In this document: positions 28,634-42,880 of the stretch, piece by piece | Layout: every line of letters begins with the position of its first letter | How positions within the stretch are numbered: position 1 is the first letter of the stretch | From: Octopus vulgaris | Taxonomy: Eukaryota | DNA: 64,000 bases | Assembly: GCA_951406725.2 (NCBI GenBank) | Contig: OX597825.1 | Span: 5,332,001-5,396,000, forward strand | Reading direction: 5' to 3' | The notes under the pieces: model-generated | Database searches by the model: none | Told to the model about the DNA's origin: nothing | Seen by the model: only the letters and a program-made list of their open reading frames with translations | Position numbers and translations under genes: made by a program

Positions 28634-29147
28634 TATGATTGATGATCGATAGATTGATGGATGATGGTTGATGATTTGTGATTTATGACTGCTGATTGAT
28701 GACTGATGGTTGATGATTGTTGATTATTGATTGATTGATTGAAATATGTCACGCGGGTGAAGGCAATTAAACATTTAGCATTTCTGTTTGTGGTAGGTCA
28801 CTTATGACAAACCACAATAAGTAGCTAAGTATGTATGTATGTAGGTATGTATGTAGGTAGGTAGGTAGGTAGGTAGGTAGGTAGGTAGGTAGGTAGGTAG
28901 GTAGGTAGGTAGGTAGGTAGGTAGGTAGGTAGGTAGGTAGGTAGGTAGGTAGGTAGGTAGGTAGGTAGGTAGGTAGGTAGGTAGGTAGGTAGGTAGGTAG
29001 GTAGGTAGGTAGGCAGGTAGGTAAGTAGTGAGGTCAAACCACTAAGCCGTGTACCTTCACCCTTAGAAAGATATAAAATCAATAATCTTAATTCATAAAT
29101 CGTGAACTGCTATTTTCACAACGTATCTCTGATTATTTACTCTATAA
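27228..29147. mobile_element. Possible Helentron/HINE-like element containing a decayed LINE RT fragment and (GATT)n, (GTAG)n arrays
   Basis: Starts ACTAGCAG..CCCGGCGTTGCCCGGG (stem-loop). Has AAATTTGAGCGAAATC-type repeats and a minus-strand TVLGPL motif near 28260. Boundaries are uncertain. Confidence 0.4.
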
Positions 29148-29508
29148 CAGTGTTTTCCAACCTATTTATATCCAGATCCCTCAATAACTTTCTAGAAAAA
29201 TGTATGCCCCATCGGTGCTTGGAAAAAAGACAACTTTATTTTTAATATTTTATAATTATATATTTTCCTTAAAGAAATATCCACATTAGGGCATTAGAAT
29301 AGTGCTATACTGTAGCAAACAGTCCTCACACAGTATGCGTGGCCGGAGGGATTGGTTTGACTAGGCTGAATAGAGGTGTAGTATGTTTGTTGGGGATATA
29401 AAATAATTTAACATTAAAACCTAAAGAAAAACGTTTTGGATCCCACGCCCCACCACAATTTTCCCAGGCCCCAACGATGGGGTATATATCCTACGTTGGG
29501 AAACATTG
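29148..29508. mobile_element. hAT/Charlie-like MITE
   Basis: TIRs CAGTGTTTTCCAAC and GTTGGGAAACATTG; no conserved target-site duplication. Confidence 0.5.
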
Positions 29509-30304
29509 GTAAATTGAACAATTTGTCCGTGTACAGCACTTGAAAGGCTGGCAAAATCACAAACAGGTAAATGGTATAGAAATCATTCATTTCAATAATC
29601 AAATTGTACAAGATATTTTGTTGACAGCTGTAACATATCACCGACGTAAATCTAAGAACAGCCTTCTGGCTATTGTAGACATTGAAAAGAACAAAAAGAA
29701 AAAAACACTCCGTTTTAAATCTATGTAATTATAGACTTTAAGTTTGAAAATTTCTATATTCAGATTGATAGTTAGATAGATAGACAGACAGACAGATAGA
29801 TATAAGCAAGTGCCTAGTTAGGAAATCTCAATGAGAGATGAGATCATTTACTCTACTGTGAAGTAATGTCTATTGCCAACTTCAATATGGCCATTCTGTA
29901 TGAACCGACATTAATACCACCGTTTTTAACGCCAGGAGGAGTCTCCCGTTGCTGGTTGCCGCTGCAGTCTGCACCCAGTATATGTTTCAGGCAGCGGGAC
30001 GAACCCCTACCATCTTCTAGCAGATGACGGGACCACCAGACCGCACGAATTCGAGCTATTTGTACTCTCGTCCACATTGGTGGACACCCGTGTGCTACAG
30101 ATAATAGTAACCCGCTGCAGCTCGCAATATATAGAAAAATAAGTGACAAACAGTCACTGATCTTGCAAGAAGCAAAGTGGCTAGTTAGAAAATCTCTCTA
30201 AGCTTTAAAAACAAGGAGTTACAACCTTTTTACTTGTGTGATTTTTTGATACCCTGGAAACTATTTATCTATTTTTTTCGTGTTAATTGTTAACAAGGGA
30301 AAAT

Positions 30305-30375
<71 letters not shown>

Positions 30376-30376
<1 letters not shown>

Positions 30377-30556
30377 GGTTAAGTAATTGAGATTCAAGTG
30401 AATTCTAATGAATTCACATGAATATGGTCCTTAACTAGGATGCACCGGAAATCTATATGGTGTTAACCATACGACAAGTGGAGTGATTACAAATAGGAAA
30501 AGCAACAAGAATGGATTAAAATCTCCGAGATTTTAATCCATTCTTGTTGCTTTTTT

Positions 30557-30560
<4 letters not shown>
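30376..30560. mobile_element. Fold-back terminus (perfect 28-bp-arm palindrome at 30498-30554), same family as 9945-10120
   Basis: AAAAGCAACAAGAATGGATTAAAATCTC-C-GAGATTTTAATCCATTCTTGTTGCTTTT, lying between two (TA)n arrays. Confidence 0.75.
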
Positions 30561-30621
<61 letters not shown>

Positions 30622-31330
30622 CTCAAATTTATAGAAAACAAAAGACGAACATTGGTGTACGAACAACAAGCAGGCGTATTAGTTTAACACTCAAGAAAAA
30701 TGCAAAGGCATTTTATGTTTCGAACCTACGCTACACAGAATCAATTAAGAAACATCTATTACTGTCAAATTTGAGTCAAGATTAAATCGTTAATCATTTA
30801 CTTGCGCAATTTTTTTTATTCATTCATAAATATTTAGAAAATGTATTTTCTCATATATTTCTGTTTAGTTAAAGTACAGAGGTTTACGTTACGTCTGTCT
30901 CCAAGAGCGTATATAATATTATCTCTTGTTGCTAAATGATTTTATAACGAACCTATTTCAAGTGGCCACACAAGATATTAAATGAAGACTCGTAGCAAGC
31001 CATTACGCACGTACATTGCTATGAATTTCTCCTATAAGTGGAACCGGTTACGAGACCAGTTGTGTATTCTGCAATATTTATAGTTCTTTTTTTTTTTTCA
31101 TTTTCATTTTTTAATGATGTGATATCGAGTGTTTAATAAGGTATTTTGAAATGATTTGATTTGAATATAAAAATGAACTTTGGAATGTTTAATAATTAAA
31201 TGATTTGATTTGCACATATGATAATTTGAAATACCCAATTATGCATTTTGAAATAATTCGATTTTACTTCGATTATACTTTGGAATTAACTGCAACGTGA
31301 AAGAGATAGTGCATTTTCTTATCTTGTCAT

Positions 31331-31382
<52 letters not shown>

Positions 31383-31399
31383 GTATATATGTATGCATG

Positions 31400-31443
<44 letters not shown>

Positions 31444-32253
31444 GTATGTATGTATGTATGTATGTATGTATGTATGTATGTATGTATATTTATATGTATG
31501 TATATATGTATATATATATATGTATGTATGTGTATACATACATACATACATATATATATACATACATACATATACACGCACACAGATGTACAGGGTGTCC
31601 CGAAATTATGGCAGCCGAAGTTTCGAGCTTTAATAACTCTCCAGATGAACGTGATAAGATATGAAAATTATACGTCATCATAAAAGCTTAGTGTGTCTTC
31701 TCGTTTCATGGTGCGCGTAGTAACATTAATAAAAAATTTTTTTTTTTTCAATTTCAGTCTCATTTCACTGCGCTCTTCACCTTTCATGGTTGTTCCTTTT
31801 CGAAAATCAAAAATTGAAAAAAAGAATTACATGCACAACGGTAAAGATTCTTCAGGTGCATTTTCAAACGCCAAAAATGCTTCTCATATATATTTTCCCT
31901 GCGTGGGAATACACTACTTTTCGTTCATATTCATATGTATGTATGTATGTATATGTATATTCCTGTTTTTATTCGTTACTGTAAATATTTATCTTCGTCT
32001 CTTGTTTTCCTGTTCGTCTCTGTCACATTCTTTCCTTCTACCAAGCAAATCTAATGCCCATAGCTTAGCTTTTCCTTGGGGCTGGCCCTCTCGGAGCAAA
32101 TCTCAGAATTAAACAGCCGAAATTTGCCATGATGAATCGGTTTCTGACTGAAGAATGAAGGCTCTGAATTACTGTCCGTTTTTCCGTGTTTGTCAATTCG
32201 TGAATTTCACGTTCTTTATATATAAGCTTTATTCTATATGTATATGTATATAC

Positions 32254-32285
<32 letters not shown>

Positions 32286-32618
32286 ATACATATATATATA
32301 GAGATATATTTTTTCTCTTTTGCCTTATATTTGTTTCAGTCATCTGACTGCGGCCATGATGGAGCACCGCCTTTAGTCGAGCAAATCGACCCCAGGACTT
32401 ACTCTTTGGAAGCCTAGTACTTATTCTATCTGTCTCTTTTGGTACACTTGTTTGTTTGTGCAACGTCGATCTGATAGAAGGGGCGAGCTAAGGTACAGCG
32501 CAAACATTTGATCACTATAAAGAAAGAATCTGTGCTAGTTATTCAGTAAGAAATCGCAGAACCGTCTTTTTCGGACAACGAAATACTACCATCCTGTGTG
32601 TGTGCATGTGTGTGTGTG

Positions 32619-32731
<113 letters not shown>

Positions 32732-33424
32732 CAGTCTTCGGAATCAATATTTATGTTCAATGACTGCTATTACATTTTAAGAATATTTAGTAATTATTTG
32801 AGAATTTAAATGATTCGTATTTAACAGTAATGATTTCAGAAAATAAGTACAATATGTTGGAATGGTGCACGAAGATAAGTAACAAGATTGCTCTGACATT
32901 AACAACTGTTTAATAAGCATGTGGGAGCTGAGATCTAGTGTAGCCCTTATCTATACATTGAACACACAAGATGTACAATATATATAAATATGAGTACGTG
33001 TGTGAGTGTGTCTATGTATGTGTGTGTGTGTATGTATGTATTTATGTATCGTATATAAATATAGCGATGCAGCAGGGAATTTTGTCAGTGAACAGGTCGC
33101 GGTTTCAAAGCGACGAAAATATTTTGGCAAATTAAATTTGAATGGTGGACTGAATCTAACAGTTTTCTTAAATGGCTTATAAACACCAATTATATAAATA
33201 TAAATTAGTCTGTGGGGAAAGAAGGTATTTCTAATCAACTAATAACAGGTGAGTTATATTTTTACAAATATATTTTCAATTAATTTTATAGTCGGCTATT
33301 TTAACTGTTTTAGTTAATTTAATTATTTTATTGGATGTAACTTTCTCTGTATAGTATACCATACCATACCATGAGGTTATCCTGAAATAGAAACTGCGGT
33401 TCCATTGATAAAATCCCAAATTTG

Positions 33425-33479
<55 letters not shown>

Positions 33480-33976
33480 GTGTATATGTATAAATATGTA
33501 TATATATAAATATGTGTGTAAGAGAGAGAGAGAATGAGAAGAGTGCGTGTGTGGTGTGTATATATATATATATGTATATACACAGTAAGAGAGAGAGAGA
33601 GAATGGGAAGAGTGTGTGTGTGGTGTGTACAAGTGTATGCACGACTGCGACATCTGCGTCTAGAGCTCCACGATAATTATTGTCATCCGATTCGCTCCCA
33701 AACGACCGACCGGTTGTTTGGTTGGTTGGTTGGTTGGTTGGTTGGTTGGTGTGGTCATTACGAGACTTGGTAACATTACCTGCTCTGATGCACCGAGCAA
33801 AGGCAAAAGGAGACTACTTCAGTGTTGTGTAAGATAATGCGATAAAAGATTCCCCTGACGATGCGTTGCGATTAAGCATGCCACGGCATTTGCAGCATTT
33901 AATGCAGAGTTCCAAACAAACTCAATGATGAAAGGCGCTTAGGAACTAATGATATATAATTTGTTTTATGGGAATT

Positions 33977-34007
<31 letters not shown>

Positions 34008-34109
34008 GTCTCTCTCTGTCTTTCTCTCTCTCTCTTTCTTTCTCTCTCTCTCTCAGACTTACACACAGACATACATATGTATATAAGTATGTATGCTTAC
34101 ATGTATGTA

Positions 34110-34265
34110 TGGAGTGGCTGTGGTAAGTAGCTTGCTTACCAGCCACATGGTTCCGGGTTCAGTCCACTGCGTGGCATCTTGCGCAAGTGTCTTCTGCTAT
34201 AGCCTAGGGCCGACCAAAGACTTGTGAGCAGATTTTGGTAGACGGAAACTGAAAGAAGCCTGTCG

Positions 34266-34314
<49 letters not shown>

Positions 34315-34430
34315 GTGTGTGTGCGTGTGTGTGTGTGTATGTGTTTGAATGTCTGTGTTTGTTCCTCCCCACAATCGCTTGACAACCGATGTAAGTGCGT
34401 TTACGTCCACGTAACCTAGCGGTTCGGCAC
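34110..34430 (+). mobile_element. SINE family B
   Basis: GGAGTGGCTGTGGTAAG..GGTTCCGGGTTCAGTCC..GCAAGTGTCTTCTGCTATAGCC, with an internal (TA)/(TG) array. Confidence 0.85.
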
Positions 34431-34671
34431 TTTGGTCTAGATTTTATTTTAGATTTTATGGGATCAACTGTCTTTCAATATTCCGTATTGTCGTTGAATG
34501 CTCAAAATGAGGAGTAGATAGACAGCCAAACACTGGTGAAGAGTCCATCCTCTCTGTTTACTTGCTCTGATCTCCATTTTTTCTCGTTGTTTACGTATTT
34601 CATGTTGTTTGAACTGTTGCTGACATCCTGTTCCCATATTTGCATATATACATACGTATGTGTATATATAC

Positions 34672-34873
34672 ATTCAAAATGTGACCGCGTGTGTACCGTT
34701 GGTGATTTTTTCCCTCCGTCTTCCCTTCTCTGGATCTTTCCTTCTCCTATGTTTCCGACGAAGAGCTCCGCTCGAAACATTAAACCCTCCTTCTTTCCTG
34801 AGCGTCCAATAATACTATATTTTTTCCACGTCCTCGCGTTGTTGTGATTTTTTGTGCTTTCTTGTTTGGATTA

Positions 34874-34880
<7 letters not shown>
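34672..34880 (+). mobile_element. Short HHR-like element, family 2 (core at 34751-34785)
   Basis: GUUU-CCGACGA-A-GAGC-UCC-GCUC-GAAA-CA-UU-AAAC; the 3' end runs into (TA)n. Confidence 0.75.
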
Positions 34881-34911
<31 letters not shown>

Positions 34912-35311
34912 GGGTGTGTTTTCCAAAATGGGGGCGAACACTTTCCCCGTGTGATCGGCTTGAAAAATTAAGACATTTCCCTAGTTTTCTTAATATGAAT
35001 CCAATGATTCATATTAATTCACAAATAAAGAAATTCTATCCACCAATGCGGTGTTGAGCACTCATTTTCATCGTTCGGCATTTACGTGTGTGTGTACATG
35101 TATGTATGTGTGTGTGTGTGTGTGTATGTGTCTATGCGTGTGTACATACATGCGTACATACGTATTTGTTAGCGTGAGTAAAAGGTATGTGAAATGTTTA
35201 AAAAATGATAAACAAAACAACAAACGTCATCGTTGTTTAAGATGAAACATTTTGATTGTTTGCTTGTTTTTTTTTGCTCTATCTTTTTATTATTATTATT
35301 ATTATTATTAT

Positions 35312-35349
<38 letters not shown>

Positions 35350-35509
35350 TTACTACTACTACGACTACTATTATTATTATTATTATTCGGAATGTCATGT
35401 CAAAAGTTTATCTTTTAATTCATGTGTTTATACTAAAAGATGACTTATCTCACAAAACACACACGACGAAAAATATATAAAAGAAATGTTTTAAATAACA
35501 GAAAGTAAC

Positions 35510-35550
<41 letters not shown>

Positions 35551-35759
35551 AATAGATGGAGCGAGAATTGAGAAAGAGAAAGAACATTACACTTAAATAT
35601 ATGATATATTACATATAATGATATTGGTCAACATGTTTTAAGAATTTCTGTATATTTTCTGAATATATTTTCAATAAGTGTTTCAAGTTCTCTAACATTG
35701 CTGAGAAATCATGTTTTGTGTGAAATATTGCTAAATCATTAAGACTGCATTCAAGACAA

Positions 35760-36600
35760 TATAGTAGTAGTAGTGGTGGTAGTAGTAGTACTAGTAGTGG
35801 TAGTGGTGGTGGTGGTGGTGGTGGTGGTGGTGGTGAAAGTTTGTAGTAGTAATGGTGGTTGTACTAACGGTGGTAGTTAATATTAGACGTATTAATAGAA
35901 GTAGATTTTGTTTTTGCTAGTTGTCTTTTATTGCTGTGGTGGTGGTGGTGGTAGTGGGAGGTGATGGTGGTAGTGGTGTTGTTGTTGTTGGTGCTGGTGG
36001 TGGTGGTGGTGGTGGTTTTGTCCGTGGTGGTGATGGAGCTTGTGGTGGTGGTTGACGGTGGTGGTGGTGATGGTAGTGATGATGCTGGTGGTGATTGCCG
36101 TTGTGGCGGTTGTAATTGTAGCTGTGGTAATGATGGCGGCAGTAGCGGCGACGGGAGTTGCAACGGCGGTGGCGGTGGTGGTGGTGGTGGCGGTGGTGGT
36201 GGCGGTGGCGGCGCTGGTGGTGGTGGCGGTGGCGGCGGTGGTGGTGGTGGTGGTGGTGGTGGTGGTTGCTATACTTAACATTATTTGATAATTAACAGAG
36301 TATTAATTTGTTAACGATACTCAGAGTAACGGAGAGGAATGTTTTTTGTGCAAGTCGAACAGAAGATCGGAAATTTAAGAGGAAGATCTAACGTTTCAGA
36401 TAAGAAAGCTTTTACGGCAGGTGCTGCTGCTATTCTGCTGCTGCTGCTGTTGTTGTTGTTTTTGGTGGTGGTGGTGATATGGTGATGGTGGTGGTGGTGG
36501 TGGTATTGATGATGATGATGATGATGATGTTGTTTATGATGATGATGTTGTTGCTGCTGATGATGATGTTGATGAGGAGGAGGAGGATGCTGTTGCTGTT
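35760..36600. repeat. (GGT)n/(GAT)n/(GTT)n trinucleotide low-complexity region
   Basis: Seen directly in the sequence. Confidence 0.9.
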
Positions 36601-36609
36601 GTTCTTTAG

Positions 36610-36870
36610 CCCTGGGGAATCAGAGAAAGAAAAAGATATTGTTCTCATCACTACCGGAGAAGCAAGGATGAAACATCCAGCGATTCCCTTCTCTGGGAAC
36701 CTATCCATGGACATACCAGGTATCGGCAGATCTAGAAATGAACATATCGAACATCTTGCTGAAGATATTGGCTATTAGGTTGAATATACGAAAACTGCTT
36801 TGAAAGATCAGAAAGTCTAAAGCGGAAGAATTGGGTTGGTCCATACAAATCACCAGACTTCTGGCTTAGT
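36610..36870 (+). mobile_element. RTE-like LINE 3' fragment
   Basis: IRERKR..HYRRSKDETSSDSLLWEPIHG..IEHLAEDIG..ALKDQ-like translation with frameshifts. Confidence 0.55.
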
Positions 36871-37384
36871 TGCGATCGATCTGACCTATGACCATAGGCA
36901 TTCCAGTTGTATTTATCCAAGTCACGTTTTTCAATGTGACCATTTGTTTTTTTTAAAGATGGTAGAGCTTCATCTGACAGAGAATTAGCAGCTACTTTTA
37001 GCAGGTCGAGTAATTGTATTTGAGAAAAACTCCATCTTTAGCTGAAATAAAGAATATTTTCTGAATATTAAAATAGAAATAAATTGTAATTCTAGCTGTC
37101 AGTTGGTTGAAGTCTTTCACTGCTCAAACAGAAAAAGAAATCATTTTTTTTCTGTCTATGAAGAATCTAACTATAGATAAGAAAATATAAAAATGTATAT
37201 ATATATATACGGAAAACAAGATACATTACTGGAAAATAATTGACAAGATCCAATCCCAAAAGCTAGTCTTCTATTAAGAGTAACGCCGATTTCCGACTGA
37301 CAAGGCCAATTATGTTTTCTGTATGGAGCTTATAGGAATTCAGCAACAATTTTATTACAATATCCATCCAGCCACGTTTTCCGT

Positions 37385-37623
37385 TTACTATTCCTAGGAT
37401 GATCGTCGGGGTCGGATCATCAGAAATCTCCCCCCCCCCAAGATCCTATCAGAAGCAGCGATCATTAAAATTTCCGCTTGGATTCCCATGCATAACCAAA
37501 TGTCACTATAGATATTATTCAACCATTTCGTTCTCTTTCTGTCCCTAGGTGACCTGCCAACGGGCTCCACTTGTACACTCCGCTTTGCGATTCTTTCCTG
37601 TGGCATTTTAATCACGTCCGTAG
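37385..37623 (-). mobile_element. RTE LINE 3' fragment
   Basis: IKMPQERIAKR..PVGRSPRDRKRTKWLNNI resembles the GRPRxRW motif. Confidence 0.65.
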
Positions 37624-39170
37624 TACGAGGGTCGGCTTGAAAAGTTCATAGGCGAACCAAGATACTCTCAAGGAATGTAACTAAAATGAGGTTTATTTTT
37701 CTACATAATCGCGCTTACAGTCCACACACTTCTTCCATCAGTGTTTCAGTGCTTGAACCCCATTAGGGAAGAAGTTTTCGTCTTGTTGGTCAAAGAAGTT
37801 ATCGGCAGTAGGTATGACGTCATCATTACTGCGACACTGGTTCCCAGCCAAATGTTTTTTTCATGTTTGGGAACAGATGATAGATGCGGCCAAATAAGAA
37901 CAGGGTGAATGATCAGCCAGTTCAAACCCACAAATAAGAAAAACAGAGAGGATGATCAACCAGTTCAAACACACAAAGTACAGGGTGGGTGATCAGCCAG
38001 TTCAAACCCACAAATAAGAAAAACAGAGAGGATGATCAACCAGTTCAAACACACAAAGTACAGGGTGGGTGATCAGCCAGTTCAAACCCACAAATAAGAA
38101 AAACAGAGAGGATGATCAACCAGTTCAAACACACAAAGTACAGGGTGGGTGATCAGCCAGTTCAAACCCACAAATAAGAAAAACAGAGAGGATGATCAAC
38201 CAGTTCAAACACACAAAGTACAGGGTGGGTGATCAGCCAGTTCAAACCCACAAATAAGAAAAACAGAGAGGATGATCAACCAGTTCAAACACACAAAGTA
38301 CAGGGTGGGTGATCAGCCAGTTCAAACCCACAAATAAGAAAAACAGAGAGGATGATCAACCAGTTCAAACACACAAAGTACAGGGTGAGTGATCAGCCAG
38401 TTCAAACCCACAAATAAGAAAAACAGAGAGGATGATCAACCAGTCCAGACCCACAGGTACGCACAGCAGCCATTAAACCAAGGACTTGCATGCTGCAGCA
38501 TTTTCCTGATGAAATAAGACCCCATTTCGTCAGTTTTCCTGGACGTTTGGTTTTGATAGACTTTCGTAACAGCCTCAGCGATTTGACATAGTACTCTCCA
38601 CTGATGGTGTGACCCTTTTGAACATAGTCAATATTCACAACTCCTTTTGCATACAAAAAACTAAGTCCATCACCTTCTTTGCAGATGAAACAAACTTAGC
38701 CTTATTTGGGGCAAGTGAGGATGGGTGATCCCACACAATGGATTGTCTTTTTGCATCTGGCTCAAAAAGTTAAAGACAAGACTCATCCTGGCTTAGGAAA
38801 AATTCAAGAAAACCAGCTGGATCTGGCTCAGACAATGTTAGATTATGTTGTGATGTGAGGAACCAGGTGCACATTTGACCAGGTGTTATATTTGGCACGC
38901 ACTGTGTAGAAACTTTCGTCATACCAAGTTCATTGTGTAGAATATTCTCAATTCTCCCACGGGATAAACCAATAGCATTGGCTATTTGATTTATGGTCAG
39001 TTACCCGTCATCCATCGTCATGTGGTACACACAATTGGCGGTGGCAGTTGCGAGACATACAGACGTTGGGTTATTCTAAAGACTCTCTCTTCCACTCCTA
39101 AGTTCAACGACCCACTTTTGCACGGTGAAGGTATAAGAATATTCCATCTGCTGAGTAACATTTCTTGTAG
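37624..39170 (-). mobile_element. Decayed mariner transposon (transposase pseudogene) with an internal tandem array
   Basis: TIR TACGAGGGTCGGCTTGAAAAGTTCATAGGC. Translation AKGVVNIDYVQKGHTISGEYY..LRKSIKTKRPGKLTK and FPNMKKHLAG, with many frameshifts. Confidence 0.9.
37901..38460. repeat. 7 x 80-bp tandem repeat (43+37 bp heterodimer)
   Basis: Unit CAGGGTGGGTGATCAGCCAGTTCAAACCCACAAATAAGAAAAA+CAGAGAGGATGATCAACCAGTTCAAACACACAAAGTA; the five inner copies are identical. Confidence 0.95.
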
Positions 39171-39458
39171 ATAAACTCTTCAATCGATGGTCATTGGACT
39201 GAACAGGTTGGCCAGAACGTGGAACGTCTATGAGGTCGATTTATTCCACCTTCAGTCGTGAAAACCATTTCTGTGCAGTTATTTCAGTATTAGCGCCTTC
39301 TCTGTACACAACACAAATGCCTTGAAAGTTGGAATTTTGATTGAAAGCGAAGAGATGCAGATATCGAAAATATACGTTTTTCTTTTTCTACTCGGTATTC
39401 CATCATCATACATCTGAAAAGAGGTAAGATTATTGAAATTTCAAAAACGATATACAAA

Positions 39459-39953
<495 letters not shown>

Positions 39954-39954
39954 G

Positions 39955-40058
<104 letters not shown>

Positions 40059-40063
40059 CAGAC

Positions 40064-40165
<102 letters not shown>

Positions 40166-40414
40166 GTAATTGTTAGATATCGGCTTAATGGAGAACACTG
40201 TTTAATCTTCATTGCATTCATTAGAAATTTCTATGAAATAGTCAAATTTCATTAAAATTTATGAAGGAGTATGATTAATTAATGTGTTAAAATTAACTGA
40301 CAGAAAGCTCGGCCACTTAGCACGGCAAGGTATAGGGAAGCAGACGTACTTTTACGCCCGGTGAACTTTGCGATACGTAAGCCTACGTCACAAGCTATCA
40401 ATAAACGTCATCGC

Positions 40415-40630
40415 GAAAGCGGCAGGCGCCAGAATCGTTATCACCCCGGGAAAAATGCCTAGTGATATTTCGTTTGTCCTTACGTTCTGAGTTCGAATCC
40501 CACCGACACTGACATTGCCTTTCATTCCTTTCGGAGTCGATAAAATAACTACCGGTCTGACACTGGGGTCGATGTAATCGACTTTAACCCCACCCACAAA
40601 ATTGCTGGCCTTGTGCCAAAATTTGAAAGA
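40415..40630 (+). mobile_element. SINE family A
   Basis: AGAATCGTTA..GTTCTGAGTTCGAATCC..GCCTTTCATTCCTTTCGGAGTCGATAAAA. Confidence 0.8.
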
Positions 40631-40989
40631 AATATGCATCAACACATACACATTCGCACACTCATTGCGTCTCCAAATATTACATATATATAGTATGTAT
40701 GTATATATATATATATATATATATTGCACATACAAACACATATATATCTATATAAGTATATACATATATACATGTATATATATATATATGTGCGTGTGTG
40801 TATATACGTGTATATAGATATACACGTATACATGTATATATACAAATATATACGTATACACGTATATATACAAATTTATAAGCACAAACATTATATGTAT
40901 ATACAAATAGATACGCGCGCACACGCACACACACATGTATACATACATACATAAATACATATGTGTGTGTGTATATATGTGTGTGTGTA

Positions 40990-41078
<89 letters not shown>

Positions 41079-41510
41079 AAAGTCAAATGCGATACAATAA
41101 AATTAATTATTATCGCTGGTGTTTCTAGCACAATAAAATATTAGGGAATAAATATAATATAATAATAAAATATTAGGGAATAAATCCAAACTTAGGGAAA
41201 AATCAGATTTAGGATTAAATCCAATTTTATAGTATAAATATATTATATTATATTAAATTAGAGATAAAACCACTATTAGCCAAATCAAACAGTGAAAAAC
41301 ATAAGCCAATACATAAAATTAATTTAATTTATATTATTTTAAATATATATCAAAAGTATAAAAAGTTTAATAAAAGATATATATGTGTGTGTGTGTGCGT
41401 ATGTATTAATGTATGTATATATATAGAAAGAGAGAGATATAGAGTGAGAGAGAACGAGATATAAATTAAGAAATGGAGTTAAACGCAGGTGTTGTTCAAA
41501 TCTTTATACT

Positions 41511-41584
41511 TCCGACATATGTTTCGAAGAAAACATTGGTATTATTCCTGAGGCACTAAAATGATGCAATCATCACGTCAGGGA
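41511..41584 (-). ncRNA. Hammerhead-like motif with long stem II and GUC cleavage triplet
   Basis: Minus strand reads UCC-CUGACGU-GAUGA..UCUUC-GAAA-CAUAUG-UC-GGA. Stem III is palindromic (ACAUAUGU); there is an A9U change. Confidence 0.55.
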
Positions 41585-42364
41585 TAAAAAAAAAAGAGAA
41601 ACAAAACACATCAATAATCCATTTAACCGAATGTGATTACCGCGTGTATGATGACGGGAACGTTGGCAAGTTATTTTTTTTTTAAACCGTTAATAGATTT
41701 AACGTCAAAGACAATTAGAGAAAGAGAAAGAGGAGAAAGGAAGAAATTGACAGAAAATTAAGGGTTGAGAAATATAGTGTGATAGATGATTGGGAATAAA
41801 GCTTAAAGGTGTGGAAATAGATATGTGTAGCGGAAATGAAAGAAGACAGTTAAAAGTCGAATTTTATGGATTGGTTGAAACTTGTGGTTGACTTTACTTG
41901 TTAATTATAGATGCTACTCTGATCTCTTCTCCAGATTTTACAACTGGCTATTTTTCATATATATAAATATATGAATAATATACAGATATGCATATATACC
42001 TACATATCTGTTACATACCTACATATATATGTATATACACATGCATATATGGGTACAGGACGTCAGAAAAAAAAACGTGAACAACATGGAAAACGAACAT
42101 ATTTTCGAACAACGAAAGAAACAAACAGAGAAACAAGACAGGCAACATAAAGAACAATACCTATGCAAAATATATATATACACATGCAGGAGTGGCTGTT
42201 TGGTAAGTAGATAAACTTGGGCATGCGAACAACGAGAGAAGCAAATGGAAAGCAAGACGAGTAACATAAAGAAAGACCCTTCATCAGTTGTCGACTTCCA
42301 TCTACTCCTCATTTCGAGCAATATACATATATTGGCGAGTACCTGTTTTCCTTCCGTTCTCTTC

Positions 42365-42610
42365 ATTCCCAGTATTTGCCTCCAGTGTGATACTCGCCAT
42401 CAAAGGAAAGAAAAACGAACCAGACGGAAAGAAAAATATGCAGCACTGACAGAGAACTCCATTCAAATGCAGTGACTCCATGCGTGACTGCCACTCCCAC
42501 GTGGACCTGTACAGCCACATCAGACGCTGCACCACCATCAGCAGCTGACACGATTTCTTTGGCGCAGATCCTTGGCCTCTCGAGCCCAACGGATGCCTAG
42601 ATTGTACCAC
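42365..42610 (+). mobile_element. RTE/BovB-like LINE 3' end
   Basis: KEKRTRRKEK..FKCSD.MRDCHSHVDLYSHIRRC, a C2H2-like terminus. Confidence 0.75.
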
Positions 42611-42689
42611 TATAATTATTTTTAAAAGATCGAATTTCTTTACCGAGACACAGGCTCTTAAGGCTGGTTTCTGTATTCTGTGGTGTTTA

Positions 42690-42880
42690 TAATATCCACT
42701 ACCATCCGGGAGAGGACGCTAGTCTGTCGCAGGATTACTCACTTTTGCCCACTGCATGAACTGGAGCTACGTCTAATAAAGTGTTTTGCTCAAAAACACA
42801 ACGCATCGACCTGTTCAGGAATCGAAACAACAACCTTTCGAACATGAGTGTAACACCTTGACCGCAAAGCCATGAGCTTA
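42690..42880 (-). mobile_element. SINE family C-related copy
   Basis: Reverse complement of the 54336-54590 element (GTTTCGATTCCTG..GATGCGTTGTGTT). Confidence 0.7.

Noticed and set aside
29853-30149. GC-richer 98-aa minus-strand ORF
   Set aside because: No motif is recognisable; it may be a LINE 5' remnant, and a gene call cannot be supported.
35864-36288. Gly-, Thr- or Val-rich ORFs resembling structural proteins
   Set aside because: The (GGT)n low-complexity tract is open in several frames and has no gene context.
37901-38460. CRISPR-like periodic array
   Set aside because: There are no unique spacers and no cas genes, the context is eukaryotic, and the units derive from mariner sequence.
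42270-42330. Permuted (type II) hammerhead GAAA...CUGAUGA on the minus strand, also near 34500-34545 and 51365-51415
   Set aside because: The core words are present, but no credible stem I, stem III or UH site can be drawn.
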